Shown in pieces: positions 20,865 to 32,006 of a stretch of DNA of 64,000 bases (within the stretch, counting starts at the first letter, position 1; every line of letters begins with the position of its first letter). Origin of the DNA: an uncultured bacterium (GTDB lineage: Bacteria > Babelota > Babeliae > Babelales > Babelaceae). The notes below the pieces were generated by a model. The model did no database searches and was not told the DNA's origin. It saw only the letters and a list, made by a program, of their open reading frames with translations. The translations under genes were made by a program, and so were the position numbers. The stretch covers positions 1,376,001 to 1,440,000 of the forward strand of contig OY970209.1 of NCBI GenBank assembly GCA_963713855.1, in the 5' to 3' direction.

Positions 20865-22649
20865 ATGAAGCAGAGACTGCAGCAGCGTAGTTTTATTTTG
20901 CTTTGTTTGACGGTATTGTTACCAGTATCCAGCCTTACATCCAAAGTAAAAACTTCTAAGGTGATTTCACCAAGCCCGTGCAGCAACTCTAATCCGTGCG
21001 TGGAAAAAGAATTGAAGTGCCCCCCTGCTAAGAAATTCTCAAAAGGATATGACTTCATCATTGTTGGTCTAGGTTCTGCTGGTTCGATTCTTGCCCGAAA
21101 ACTATCAGAACCAGACGCACATGGAAGAAGAAAAAGAGTATTGGCGCTTGAAACAGGAGTTAATGTTCAAAAAGATCCTGTTATATTAAACCCGATGTGG
21201 GTTGATAACGCTAATACGCTTATTTATAGTCCTAAATATGCTCTTAACTATCCCGTTCCTATCGGTTTCTTGCAGTCAACGCTTTATGCTGAAGGTCTCA
21301 ACTGGGGAGGTTCAGCTTCCCATAATTTCTTACTTGCTGGTAGAGGTACACCGGACATTTACGATTTTTGGTCAACAGTTTCTGCCAACAAGATGTGGCT
21401 TTATAACAACCTTTTGCCAAAGATGAAAGCTGTTGAAAGTTATTTCTCGGATGGAACACCATTCGATGCAGCACAGCGTGGTTCTCACGGACCTATTAGC
21501 GTCACTCAAAATCCTCCAATAGGAATGGGTGATGTTTTCTTAAATAATTTGTCAACTATTACAGGAACCCCTTTTATTCCTGATTACAATGATCCTAAAT
21601 ATGGACAAATCGGCATCTCGGCAATTCAGCAATTTATTACGCCTGGGCCTAATAGTCATCGCAGCTATTCAAATCTTGAGTTTCTTCCCGCTGGAAAAGG
21701 GAAAGGAGCAGTTGTCAGTAATAGCGGAATCGGGTTGCATGGTAGAAGGTTAAAAATTATCTCGAATGCACGTGTTTTAAAATTCGATATCAATGAAGAT
21801 AAGTACGCCACTGGTATCACGTATGTCTTTACTGGTAAAGAAGATAAAGTATTGAGAGCGTCGCTCAATAAAGGTGGAAAATTAATTCTCACGGCAGGCG
21901 CCATTAGAACTCCTAAGCTCTTGTTTAACTCCGGTGTTGGTCCTGCAGATGAGCTGAGCGCAGTTGGCATACCAGTTGTTCTAGATAGTCCTCAGGTGGG
22001 TAAAAATCTACAGTGCCAATACGGCTCGTCTGCTTTCATAGAGGGTCATATAACTAATATGGCACAGTCATTCTTGAGTGGGTCTCCATATTTTCCGGGA
22101 GATCCGAGCATTCGCCGCATACAAGTCAACTACGCTATTACAGGAGCTGATACCTTTCAAGCACTGCCATGGATTCTTGATCCACAAAGCTTGGGTTCTT
22201 TAACCATTGTTTCTAATGATCCATTGATAGATCTACAAATAAATTTACCTGTATATTCAAACCCATTTGACGCTTCCCTTATAGTTGCATTCTATAAGAT
22301 CATGAAACAGACTGCAAACGCAGCTGGCGCGACAGTTTTGTTCCCACCACCACAAGATTTTCCTGCACCATTTGGCCCTGCCCCAGATGACTCTGCGCTT
22401 TTAGCTGATGCTGCAAGCTTAGATGCCCTTGTTCTCCAATCCCATATCGTGGGAACAACGCGTATGGGCAAATCGATAAATGATAGCGTTGTCAGTGGCA
22501 AGTTAAAGGTCCACGGCTTGGAAAACGTCTATATCGGTGATGCTGGTATTCAACCTAAGAGCGTCAATACTAATCCGTGCTTTGGCGTCTACTACACAGC
22601 CTTGGTACTTGCAGAAATTTTAGGTTATCCTACACCACCAGCACTCTAA
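20865..22649 (+). CDS. GMC oxidoreductase with signal peptide
   Basis: YDFIIVGLGSAG, GG SASHN, AGAIRTPKLLFNSGVG, VGKNLQ, SHIVGTTRMG; AGGAG SD before ATG20865. Confidence 0.9.
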   Translation: MKQRLQQRSFILLCLTVLLPVSSLTSKVKTSKVISPSPCSNSNPCVEKELKCPPAKKFSKGYDFIIVGLGSAGSILARKLSEPDAHGRRKRVLALETGVNVQKDPVILNPMWVDNANTLIYSPKYALNYPVPIGFLQSTLYAEGLNWGGSASHNFLLAGRGTPDIYDFWSTVSANKMWLYNNLLPKMKAVESYFSDGTPFDAAQRGSHGPISVTQNPPIGMGDVFLNNLSTITGTPFIPDYNDPKYGQIGISAIQQFITPGPNSHRSYSNLEFLPAGKGKGAVVSNSGIGLHGRRLKIISNARVLKFDINEDKYATGITYVFTGKEDKVLRASLNKGGKLILTAGAIRTPKLLFNSGVGPADELSAVGIPVVLDSPQVGKNLQCQYGSSAFIEGHITNMAQSFLSGSPYFPGDPSIRRIQVNYAITGADTFQALPWILDPQSLGSLTIVSNDPLIDLQINLPVYSNPFDASLIVAFYKIMKQTANAAGATVLFPPPQDFPAPFGPAPDDSALLADAASLDALVLQSHIVGTTRMGKSINDSVVSGKLKVHGLENVYIGDAGIQPKSVNTNPCFGVYYTALVLAEILGYPTPPAL

Positions 22650-22660
22650 AACATATTTAA

Positions 22661-22687
22661 GAGCCCCGGATGCCGGGGCTCATTTTT
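22661..22687 (+). terminator. intrinsic terminator
   Basis: GAGCCCCGG-ATG-CCGGGGCTC followed by a T run. Confidence 0.75.
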
Positions 22688-23922
22688 TAGAAAGTGTGTT
22701 TTTTTAAATCTGTCACTGTCTCATCGACCCAATCATAAATGCGCTGTGTTGAAAGCAATAGTGAGCCGAGTTGGCAATGGAGCCCCGCAGCTTCTTTTGC
22801 GGTAAAGAGCATATAGGTTTTCGGACAAGTCAAATGATCGTATATGCGCTTTCCTTGACCCCGAAAAAGAGGCATTTCATTGTCTGCATCAACGACTAGT
22901 GTGGTACTTTTAATAAGCTGTGCTCGATTTATAAGTGTGTATTCGGCGCATTTAAGTATCAGCTCACTAGGTGTTTTAGCGCCAAAGCTAAACATACCAC
23001 GTTCAAAAAACCATCTTATTGAAGTTCTAACTTTCATGATTTGACGTATAGCCAAATCAAAAGCATCGGCATTCGTTTTGGCTTCTTTTACCAAAGTATC
23101 TTTTGTATTTCCTTCGATAGCCGCCATGGCTGCCACAAGATCATAAAAGCCACCATTCGTGATTAAGATTTTAATACGATCATCTCCACTTGCGCCACGC
23201 GGTGCAAAATACCCACCAAAACTTTCTCCGTAGAGGATAAGCATGCTGGCATCAACCTCTTTTTGCGTGATAGCAAAATCAACAACTGACCGTATTACAA
23301 TTTCCCAATCTGGTCTAAAAAAAAGGCCTTGTTCTCGAAGTACCGCTCCCTGCCCTGGTCCTTCGAAAGTAAGCACATTATAGCCGCGTTTTATTGCCTC
23401 CATTGCGCGCGCAAACAATTCTTCCTGAGTCCCGTCAAAACCGGCCTGCATCAATATAGTCGCTCTCTTTTTACCATCAACTGTGTAAAAATAGCCTGGC
23501 AGTGTAGTACCTTCATAGGGGATCTTGACCGGTATAATACTCGTCGACGTCAATGCTATGGCCTTCATAAAGCAGGCTATACTTTTATGTGAAGCGTCGC
23601 GAATGCGTGGATCTGCCGGATTACCATGAAGATAAGAATCGGAAGCTAGATAATAGTTACTCGCGCGTAGAAAAGCTGATTGCGCACTCACCATGTGCCC
23701 ATTTTTTAGAGATTCTTCGCCAATAGCATGGACGCGTTGTGCGGTCTTATACCAAGCATTGTACCAGCTTTCAAAATTACCATTTTGGATCTGATTTGCA
23801 GTCATTAAGCATTCATTAATGTCGGCCATCTGAGCTACACTGTAACTTAGATGGCGCACAAGTTGAAAATCAAATGACTCGTCTTCAAATACGATAGGCT
23901 TATGCTTTTGTTCTTTTTCCAT
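22687..23922 (-). CDS. alpha/beta hydrolase (FrsA/DUF1100, 2,6-dihydropseudooxynicotine hydrolase-like)
   Basis: RASNY, IPYEG..LPGY, GFDGT.EE, EGPGQG, GESFGG, HCQ.G; start MEKEQ at 23922. Confidence 0.85.
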   Translation of the reverse strand: MEKEQKHKPIVFEDESFDFQLVRHLSYSVAQMADINECLMTANQIQNGNFESWYNAWYKTAQRVHAIGEESLKNGHMVSAQSAFLRASNYYLASDSYLHGNPADPRIRDASHKSIACFMKAIALTSTSIIPVKIPYEGTTLPGYFYTVDGKKRATILMQAGFDGTQEELFARAMEAIKRGYNVLTFEGPGQGAVLREQGLFFRPDWEIVIRSVVDFAITQKEVDASMLILYGESFGGYFAPRGASGDDRIKILITNGGFYDLVAAMAAIEGNTKDTLVKEAKTNADAFDLAIRQIMKVRTSIRWFFERGMFSFGAKTPSELILKCAEYTLINRAQLIKSTTLVVDADNEMPLFRGQGKRIYDHLTCPKTYMLFTAKEAAGLHCQLGSLLLSTQRIYDWVDETVTDLKKHTF

Positions 23923-23948
23923 GCTTAAAAATCCTTCAGATAACTCTA

Positions 23949-24503
23949 TTACGGCAGCTCGCCCGTTTTTACTTTTTCTATCGTACTTTCTATCCATTCA
24001 GCTTCTGCTTTTAAATGGGCCATTGCCAACTTAAAGTTTTCATTAATGTGACGTGGATAACCCTCAGCAGCTGCACGAATTGGCATTGCATTTTTACAAA
24101 AATTAATGGTCATCTTGGCATGGTTAAGCCGCGTTTCGAGTGCAACAAGCAGTTCTTCTTTAGGCATATGTTGCATGAAAGTAAGTGCCACTTGGAACGG
24201 ATCGATTATGGGCTTTATTTCCCACCACTGTTCTCTCAATAAGCGCATGAATTCTTCTTTTCCACTTTTGGTAATGGTATACATAATTCTTGCCGGAACT
24301 TCATCGTCACCTTGCACAGTTTCAACAAGCTTTTCTTCAGCCATTTTTTTGAGGGCAAAGTAAATCGAGCCATAGGCGGTGTTGGCCCACTTTTCCGCGT
24401 TCCATGACTCTAATTCGCGCTTAATTTCATACCCATGGATTTCTTTTTTTTCCATAAGAATACCAAGGATAAGTATTCGTATTGCAGACATATTTTTACT
24501 CAA
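23949..24503 (-). CDS. PadR family transcriptional regulator
   Basis: ILGIL, HGYEIK, GSIYFALKKM, YTITKSGKEEF. Confidence 0.9.
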   Translation of the reverse strand: MSKNMSAIRILILGILMEKKEIHGYEIKRELESWNAEKWANTAYGSIYFALKKMAEEKLVETVQGDDEVPARIMYTITKSGKEEFMRLLREQWWEIKPIIDPFQVALTFMQHMPKEELLVALETRLNHAKMTINFCKNAMPIRAAAEGYPRHINENFKLAMAHLKAEAEWIESTIEKVKTGELP

Positions 24504-24516
24504 GTAGATAGTTCGT

Positions 24517-24542
24517 ATTCAAATTTGTATACAAACTAGAAT
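24517..24542. promoter_or_regulatory. imperfect palindrome, candidate PadR operator
   Basis: ATTCAAATTTGTATACAAACTAGAAT directly upstream of padR, downstream of a minus-strand TTGACA (24551-24556). Confidence 0.5.
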
Positions 24543-24712
24543 TCTTAGTGTGTCAATCATTCTTATTAACAAGCAATCGAATTTTTCCTCGTATTGAAAA
24601 CGTCTACCAGATAGTCACTTTATTGACAATTGAGCACAAAAACGTATAGTGTTTAAGAATGATATGCACATAAATAAATTCAAGCATCAAACAAGATGCA
24701 GAGAGGAAATCG

Positions 24713-25615
24713 ATGTTTTATATTGTCATTTTATGCATAACTTTCTTATCAAGCGTAGGCTGTACTCAAGCTCGCGAGCGGTATGGAAAAGAAGAAATTA
24801 ATTCAATTTCATCAATGGGGTCGGTCCAATTAACTGGAACACATGTACTCGGATCTTTGAGCTCATTGGGCTCGGCTACATTAAAAAATGCTCACATAGA
24901 TGGTAACGTAGCTATTGCTGGATCGCTTGACGCAACTAATACCCAACTAAAAAAATCTACCAATGTCTCCGGATCTGCCGACGTAGATGACTCTGTATTC
25001 GAAAGTACGTTGTCCGTTTCAGGAAGCTTAAGAGCACGAAACCTAAAAGGACAATCTATACATGTGGGTGGTCGCGCTACCTTAAAAAGTTCTGACATAG
25101 AAGGCGACGCTTCTATAGGTGGATCATTAGTTGCAACGGATACAGAATGTAACGCGTTAGTAGTTAGTGGGAGCGCCGAAATGAGTAAAGTTACCGTAAA
25201 AGGTAGCGCCACCATTTCTGGTCATTTTGAAAGTGAAGGTAGCAACTTCCAGGATGAGCTCTTCTTAGCATCAAGAAAAGCCATTCTCGATTCCACCACT
25301 ACCCAAGCTATTACGATTAGTAAAATCAGTAAATGCAGCGGATCCCAGGTCAGAAACGCACGCATAAACAATGTATACATATACGACAATGTATACTTCA
25401 CAGACGGCAATAAGATCCATTGCGATGGTCAAGATTGTCACGTTTTGGAAGAAGATCTTTCTAACGAATGTGTCCTAGCTGAACAGGTTGTGGAACTTCG
25501 AAATGATACGAAGGTTAACGGACCTATTACCTTTGAGTCTGGAAAAGGCAAAGTCATCGTGGATGCAACAAGCAGTTTTACTGAGGTAATAGGTGGAACG
25601 ATTGAGCGTTCATAA
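24713..25615 (+). CDS. secreted beta-helix repeat protein (bactofilin/polymer-forming-like)
   Basis: Signal peptide; repeated V.GS...l..... units. Confidence 0.6.
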   Translation: MFYIVILCITFLSSVGCTQARERYGKEEINSISSMGSVQLTGTHVLGSLSSLGSATLKNAHIDGNVAIAGSLDATNTQLKKSTNVSGSADVDDSVFESTLSVSGSLRARNLKGQSIHVGGRATLKSSDIEGDASIGGSLVATDTECNALVVSGSAEMSKVTVKGSATISGHFESEGSNFQDELFLASRKAILDSTTTQAITISKISKCSGSQVRNARINNVYIYDNVYFTDGNKIHCDGQDCHVLEEDLSNECVLAEQVVELRNDTKVNGPITFESGKGKVIVDATSSFTEVIGGTIERS

Positions 25616-25666
25616 AAACAGCCTTTAAATTGTCGAAGAAATATGATTAATATATAAAAGGACACT

Positions 25667-26419
25667 ACGAACAAGCTTTTCCTAATTGTTTTTCTTACTT
25701 TAACCCCTATATGTGGCTACCATCAATATAGCGCGACTGCTGATTGAGCTCTTGATGCGGATCATCAGCTAAAGCACTTTAACGAAATCTTAAATTCCGA
25801 CATTAAGCACCCAGCTCTTGTTGCGTTTGAACAAATAATAAAGCCCTGTCCGAAACTTGCAACGACTCCTTATGAGATAGCGCCTTATTTTTATGGCTCA
25901 GCTTTTAAAGAACTCGTATATGCGTATAGCAAATTTGATGAAAGACATAAGAGGGCCGATTTTGCTAAAGTTATTAAAAAGCTCATAGATCTTGGAGTAG
26001 ACGTTAATGAAGATCAGCATTTTTTGAACACCCTGGCGTCGTCATCTTTCTTCCTACCAATACTTATAGTCTTAACCGAATTTGGGGTAAAAATAACCGA
26101 TGAAATTATTAAAAGCGCCCGTTCATGCAGCTTAACTTCAGGAAGCGGATGTAGTTTATATGAGGCAGATTTATATACTATAAAAGAAGCCCAATCTGAA
26201 AAAGAAAGCACTGCTGGACCGATTACAGGCGAACCTGGGACAAATGAGTTACTGAATGAGGACTGGTTATCTAAAGCGATTACCTCGCTAAGCCAGATGC
26301 AAAAAGCAAAACAACTTAGCCGAGACGATTTAGACAAAGTTGTAGATTATATAGAAAAAATCAAAGAGAACATCGAGCTTCAAGAACTAAAAAGAGCTCA
26401 AAAAGAAATACAAGGCTAA
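25667..26419 (+). pseudogene. decayed secreted protein (start ACG, in-frame TGA), ankyrin-like segment
   Basis: AAAGGA SD then ACG-NKLFLIVFLTLTPICG signal; TGA 25745-25747; frame otherwise open into ORF 26024..26419; KLIDLGVDVN. Confidence 0.7.
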
Positions 26420-26441
26420 AAACACCTCTTTCGGTCAGACC

Positions 26442-27176
26442 CTAACAATAGTCTTGAAAATGCTTTATTATTACTGTCAGACGAGGATATTGGTTACATA
26501 ACTCTTTAATATATGCCTCTGTATCAGGATCAATCTGACGATTAGAATCTTTAATCAGTCTATATACGCGAGAAACCATCATATTAGCTGCAATCAAACT
26601 TTGATTAGGAACGGTATAACTTAGGGCAAGCACTAGAATGATAAGGCCGCTTGACAATAACCAAATCGGAATAGCATGTTCACCTCCAATATCCCTGAAA
26701 AAAAAGAGAGACGCGAACACTATCAAAATTGAACCAAGAAGTTCTGGAATCGATGGCTCGTTTCTTACACTCAGTTCGATAAGAGTGTGCAAAAGTGTGC
26801 GATGAGTTGAGGTTTTTGGAGATTTAAACAAATAAGATGCGATATTTATATTCCCCCTTCTCATTTCACTCAAAAATTGATTAAGTGCTTTTTCAGCTCT
26901 GACTTTACAAGTGCTAGAATCTTTCAATGCCCGCTCAATGGACTCAAAAAAACTCTCAAAGGCATGGTCGACGTCACTTAACGTATCGGTATCAGAGGCA
27001 TATGTACCTCGGTCCAAACTATTTGTATTGTACGTAACCGATTGCAACTGCTCGATGGTAAATCTTTGGTTGGCAAAGTTTTCTTCCTCCATCGGCAAAA
27101 TAGTTACCACTTTAAAGATGAATAGCAAGAAAAATAGTGTATACGCGTTATGACGTTTTATTAAAAGGTAATTCAT
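26442..27176 (-). CDS. hypothetical 2-TM protein, paralog of 43991 and 44996
   Basis: HRTLLHTLIE and DPDTEAYIKEL match HSLLY.LL.AR and VD.ET..YIK.LH. Confidence 0.7.
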   Translation of the reverse strand: MNYLLIKRHNAYTLFFLLFIFKVVTILPMEEENFANQRFTIEQLQSVTYNTNSLDRGTYASDTDTLSDVDHAFESFFESIERALKDSSTCKVRAEKALNQFLSEMRRGNINIASYLFKSPKTSTHRTLLHTLIELSVRNEPSIPELLGSILIVFASLFFFRDIGGEHAIPIWLLSSGLIILVLALSYTVPNQSLIAANMMVSRVYRLIKDSNRQIDPDTEAYIKELCNQYPRLTVIIKHFQDYC

Positions 27177-27319
27177 GCTCAATGTCTGCAGCTTACATTT
27201 TTTTAACACTATAAACCGCAAGCTGCAATCTAGCAATCTTAAAAGCGTGATTACAATGACTTTAGATCACGTCTGGCTTTTTTGGCCGAACCAAATGAGT
27301 TATCAAAAATACGCCCACA

Positions 27320-28087
27320 TCAACCATTACTACTATGACGTTGATCGGCAGCCTTCTGTATTAGCTTTTTTAAAGTTAGCATGTCTTTCGGGTAGTTTCC
27401 TTTATTATCAGGCAAGCTCTGAGCACCGTGTTCATGTAAAAGTGCTATCATTTTTTTATCATCGAGCTCATAAGCACAGTGGAGAGGAGTTGCACCGTCA
27501 TTATCTTGAGCATCAATAGGAGCACCTTTCATTATAAGCGTTTGAGCAATTCGTGCATTACCTCTTACAGTAGCCCAGTGCAAAGGCGTATAACCCTTAC
27601 TATCTTTCAGGTACAATGAGGGCTTTGCGCCAGCATCAAGTAAGCATTTCACTAGCTCATTATATGTGTCTTGACTCAGCCAAGCGCTACATGCCCAGTG
27701 GAGTGCAGTATACCCGTTAGGATCTTGCTTATTGACATCAGCTTTTCGATTAATAAGGTTTAATGTCATTGCTATTCGTTTATACCAAACAGCCATGCTA
27801 AGCGGAGTTTCCGGCTCTTCATGGCAAGCGGTGTACCAGAATAATGGCGCCATAGGTAATATTAGAGTGCCAAGAACACCTCCTGTAACTCGCGCTGATG
27901 TTGGTAGGTTTTGTTCATACTTACACACATTAATATCTTGTATATTAATATATCGATCAAAAAGTAACTCATCTCCATTTCTAATCGCTTCGCATAAGCC
28001 CTCGCGTTCATGCGAATGAGCAGCAAGGTTTAGAAAAAAAGTAAAAAGAACTACAAAAGATAGTATTGAATAGAATTTCATAATCAA
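27320..28087 (-). CDS. ankyrin repeat protein with signal peptide
   Basis: ETPLS, GYTALHWA, GYTPLHWA, GATPLHCA. Confidence 0.9.
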   Translation of the reverse strand: MIMKFYSILSFVVLFTFFLNLAAHSHEREGLCEAIRNGDELLFDRYINIQDINVCKYEQNLPTSARVTGGVLGTLILPMAPLFWYTACHEEPETPLSMAVWYKRIAMTLNLINRKADVNKQDPNGYTALHWACSAWLSQDTYNELVKCLLDAGAKPSLYLKDSKGYTPLHWATVRGNARIAQTLIMKGAPIDAQDNDGATPLHCAYELDDKKMIALLHEHGAQSLPDNKGNYPKDMLTLKKLIQKAADQRHSSNG

Positions 28088-28215
28088 CCTATTTTGAAAA
28101 AAAAGAAGTAATGCTCTTTGTCATCATAATAAGCTTATATATTTTTTTAGGCCTGTAAACTAAAATAGCGGAGCAGTTCTTGTACTCTTGGCGCTTAAGC
28201 TAGGCCTTGATGTTA

Positions 28216-29595
28216 TCACACCGCTACCGCCACATCCACTCTCACCCCATTTACGAGTTGTTTTAGTGCGGCTACAGCAACTAGCACCGCCATACCAAAT
28301 AAAAGGCGAAGTTTTAAGTCATTGTTATCTTTTGTGAGGTGTAGCAGATAATCAATATAATTTGTTTTTTTTAATCCTTTAGCGGCTGCTAGCTCATAAT
28401 AGTAATTAGCGTGTTCAAGATCTCCCTTGCCTTCCAAAAGCTGTGCCAGAAGAATTTGAGAGTCACGATAGCCCCTGTCTGCCGTAAATTGAAAAAATTG
28501 CTGAGCAAGCTCTTTCTCTCGTGGTAAAAAATATGTTGCAGTATGATAAGCCTCTCTTAGCACTTCTTTAAAGCAACTTTGACATTTTTCTAAATCAATC
28601 GGACAAATGAGTTGGCAAACACTTTCTGCCTGATAGGTGTGTTCAATTGATTCACATCTTTTCGCACTGATGTAGAAAGCTGCGAGGAATAGCATTGAAC
28701 CAACATCTCCATTTTGAACAGCTAATTTTGCATAGTGCTCAAATTCTTCGTCGCAACCTCTAAATTCAACAGGGTTATAATGCATCAAAGAAACTAAAGC
28801 TGCTTGGGCACCAACGAAGCCCTTATCTGCTAAAAGCTTAAAATGTTCTTTAGCTTTGCTATGATCGCCCTGTTGCTGATACAATTTGCCCAGTTCTAAA
28901 TGAGCCTCTACATAACCTTGCTTAAGAACAAACTGATAGAAAGCCCCATTTTCATGCTTAAAATATGACTCAAGCTTTTGACAAGTAAAGCTAAGAAACT
29001 CTTGTAATAGCTTTTGATCGGCGAAAATCTTTAAGTATTCTTTGACCTTAAAAAGATGCCCCTGCTTAAAATACAACCTTGCAAGCATATAGCTCGATGT
29101 CATGTGTCTTTGATTTTCAGCTTTTTTATAGTAATTTTCTGCTTTATCCGCAAAAGCTTGGCTTAAGTAAAGGTTACCAAGCTCATAGCAAGACTCGCTA
29201 TGGTCCTGTAAACAAGCAGCGTTGTAGTAAAACTGCGCATCCTTTGTACGGCCTTGATCAACAAAAATCTCTGCAAGAAGATATTGCGCATCTACTTCAC
29301 CTTGATCAGCTGCAAGTTTTAAATATTTTTCAGCTTCTACGAGCTTTTTTTGTTCTTTATAAAGCTTTCCCAAACTAAACTGACCAATCATACTTCCCTT
29401 GTCAGCAGCAAGGGTAAGATGCTGTTCGGCACCTTCTAGGTCGCCTTCTTTTTGGCAATTTAAACCTACGTTGGTTTGTGCGATTACGTCAGGGTCTAAA
29501 TCTGGATGAATTGCGCCCTTTGCCATATCAGAAAAGCCATTATTGCTAACAAGGATCAATAAAGAAAAGAGAAAGAAATGTAGAGAAAAACGCAT
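28216..29595 (-). CDS. Sel1/TPR repeat protein, signal peptide and C-terminal TM
   Basis: Repeats such as AADKG..GQFSLGKLY and AADQG.VDAQYLLA. Confidence 0.9.
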   Translation of the reverse strand: MRFSLHFFLFSLLILVSNNGFSDMAKGAIHPDLDPDVIAQTNVGLNCQKEGDLEGAEQHLTLAADKGSMIGQFSLGKLYKEQKKLVEAEKYLKLAADQGEVDAQYLLAEIFVDQGRTKDAQFYYNAACLQDHSESCYELGNLYLSQAFADKAENYYKKAENQRHMTSSYMLARLYFKQGHLFKVKEYLKIFADQKLLQEFLSFTCQKLESYFKHENGAFYQFVLKQGYVEAHLELGKLYQQQGDHSKAKEHFKLLADKGFVGAQAALVSLMHYNPVEFRGCDEEFEHYAKLAVQNGDVGSMLFLAAFYISAKRCESIEHTYQAESVCQLICPIDLEKCQSCFKEVLREAYHTATYFLPREKELAQQFFQFTADRGYRDSQILLAQLLEGKGDLEHANYYYELAAAKGLKKTNYIDYLLHLTKDNNDLKLRLLFGMAVLVAVAALKQLVNGVRVDVAVAV

Positions 29596-29796
29596 ATAAG
29601 AAAACCCCTTGCCATTAAAGCTTGATGCACCGTTATCTTAAAATTCTAATATGAATTATAATAAAAATCAAATCGTCTCTGGAGTGGAACATGTGGAAAA
29701 GATCATTCCTCTCAAAGCCCCCGGACTCGAACTATTTAAATAACAGCCTTTTTCTATGCAATACTAGGAAGGGCTAACAACCCACTAAAAGACTTT

Positions 29797-30213
29797 TTAT
29801 AGGTGTCTGCTTTCGATATCAAGAGCTGGAAGAAGATAGAGATGCCTTGTACCGCCGCCTGCAAAGATATCATGGGAAAAGACTCTACTTGGAGCGACTT
29901 TATCTACTAAGCCAACTATATAACGTTCTGCGCCCGGATTTATCAATCTCGTTTCCAGAACACCCGATGACGATTTTACTCCTGTCTCATGAATAGAGAG
30001 GGTAGGCATAGTGGTCGATTCTACTTGAAGCTGGCCATTACTATAGGGCATTATTACGATACCAGATTCTTCGCTACCTGTTAACGTCACAAACAAATTC
30101 ACCGAGGTTGTATTGAGTATTTTTGCTTGATAAAAAGCGGCATTGACGGGTGAGCACCCAATAAACATTAAAGACAGAGCCAATGTCCTAAAAATGCGTA
30201 AAGTATGTTTCAT
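29797..30213 (-). CDS. small secreted protein
   Basis: GGAG SD, signal peptide, beta-rich I.NTT motif. Confidence 0.65.
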   Translation of the reverse strand: MKHTLRIFRTLALSLMFIGCSPVNAAFYQAKILNTTSVNLFVTLTGSEESGIVIMPYSNGQLQVESTTMPTLSIHETGVKSSSGVLETRLINPGAERYIVGLVDKVAPSRVFSHDIFAGGGTRHLYLLPALDIESRHL

Positions 30214-30420
30214 AGACAGTCTCCTTATAATTACATTGTAGTTTATATTTCTAATTATAAATTTTATAAAATAAAAAGGTCAATAGTTCTACTGATAGAG
30301 GTTTTGAACAAATCTTTCGCCAGTGTCATCCCATCAAATTGGGTGAGGGCACAGAAAATCTACAGTATGAACCTTCGAGAGTGCTACGATGGCGGTATGC
30401 ATTTTGGTGCGGGATTTTTT

Positions 30421-31872
30421 ATGAAAACAGATACCTTTATTTTATGCACGCTATTATCTATGTTAACAACTGTGATTTTATACGCTGGAGACCAATGTCC
30501 AATGCTTACGGGAAAAGTTGTTCGGCCGGGTGATTCTGAATATGACCATGCAAGACTAGTGTCAAACTATTACGCTTCAAAGAATAAGTATCCAGTGGCA
30601 ATTGTCTATTGCGGCAGTGCAAAAGACGTTCAAAATGCGGTGCTTTGGGCAAAGTGCCAAAAACTTCCAGTTCGAGTCAGAAGTGGCGGCCACAATCACG
30701 AAGGTTTTTCGACCGGAAATGGGGCACTCGTCATTGATGTCAGCAAAATGAAAGGAGTGACTATTGATAAAGACAGGATGCAAGCTCAGATAGAGCCAGG
30801 AATTACCGGGGGAGAGCTTTATACACTATTAGCTAAGAAGGGTTTTACACAAAGCGGTGGAACATGCGCTGATGTAGGTCTTTCGGGATTGGTGTTAACA
30901 GGAGGCATGGGACCTCTTTCGCGTATTAATGGATTGACGTGTGACAGCTTGATTTCGTTTGATATGGTAGGTGCCGAGGGTAACATTATACATGTTACTA
31001 AAGATAACGAGCACAAAGATTTATTTTGGGCAGCATGTGGCGGTGGAGGTGGCAACTTTGGAATTGTTATTTCGATGACGCTACATATTTTTCCCAGCAA
31101 TGAAGTGACATGGTTTAACATTGGATGGGATTGGTCACAGCCTGTAAACGAGATAATTAAAGGGTGGCAGACATTTTTTATGACCGATGATAAGCGCTGG
31201 TTTTCACATTTAGATGTGTGGGCAAAACCATTTCCAACGGTCAAGCTTAAAAAATTGCCCATCAAAGTAATTGGTATTTTTTACGGAAAACCCGAAATGG
31301 CTGAAGCGTTGCTCGAGCCATTATTAACCATCGGAAAACCTTCTAGCAAGATTATTAAAACAGTTGCCTGGCGTAAGGCGATTGAGGAATTTGAAGACTC
31401 CACAACAGTTTTTTTAACGGATAAACCAGAATATAAGTCTACTGGTGCCTTTGCAATGAAGCCTCTTCCAGATAAAGCAATCAACATTATTGTCGATACG
31501 TTACGTGATTCTCAATCGCCACTTCTTAATTTTTTGATGTTCTCGCTTGGCGGAGCTATTAAAGAGAAGACGCCAAATGAAACAGCGTACTTCCATCGCA
31601 ATGCCATGTATTTTCTGTGTTACTCCTCACAATGGTTAAATGAAAAGGATGCTACCAAAAACACCAACGAGTTATACACTTTAAGGCAACGTCTCCTACC
31701 CTATACTGAAGGTAACTATATAGGAAATCCCGACAGGAGCCATGTAGACCACCTTTCGACGTATTTTGGAAGTAATGCTAAGCGCCTGCGTCACATTAAA
31801 GAGAAATATGATCGGCACAATGTGTTCAAATTTGAGCAAGGTATTTCGTCTTTGGTAAAGCCAAGCACTTAA
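30421..31872 (+). CDS. FAD-linked oxidase, berberine-bridge-enzyme (BBE) family, signal peptide
   Basis: RSGGHNHEG, GGTCADVG, GGGGGNFGIV, YIGNPD, K.KYD..NVF; start MKTDTF at 30421. Confidence 0.9.
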   Translation: MKTDTFILCTLLSMLTTVILYAGDQCPMLTGKVVRPGDSEYDHARLVSNYYASKNKYPVAIVYCGSAKDVQNAVLWAKCQKLPVRVRSGGHNHEGFSTGNGALVIDVSKMKGVTIDKDRMQAQIEPGITGGELYTLLAKKGFTQSGGTCADVGLSGLVLTGGMGPLSRINGLTCDSLISFDMVGAEGNIIHVTKDNEHKDLFWAACGGGGGNFGIVISMTLHIFPSNEVTWFNIGWDWSQPVNEIIKGWQTFFMTDDKRWFSHLDVWAKPFPTVKLKKLPIKVIGIFYGKPEMAEALLEPLLTIGKPSSKIIKTVAWRKAIEEFEDSTTVFLTDKPEYKSTGAFAMKPLPDKAINIIVDTLRDSQSPLLNFLMFSLGGAIKEKTPNETAYFHRNAMYFLCYSSQWLNEKDATKNTNELYTLRQRLLPYTEGNYIGNPDRSHVDHLSTYFGSNAKRLRHIKEKYDRHNVFKFEQGISSLVKPST

Positions 31873-32006
31873 AGTTTTATAGCCCTGCATTTTTGGAGAT
31901 ACAGCATTTTCAATTACACGGCATTCTATAGCAATTTGAGTTTGGTATTTAATAGACTTTTTTTCAGAACTTGCAAGTTTTACTTACCCGAACGAGGAGA
32001 TACCAG

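Noticed and set aside
25745..25747. Stop-codon recoding (TGA as Gly/Trp)
   Set aside because: TGA terminates other intact genes in the window and long ORFs have no internal TGA
31873..32006. Purine riboswitch upstream of the deaminase
   Set aside because: No purine aptamer consensus visible
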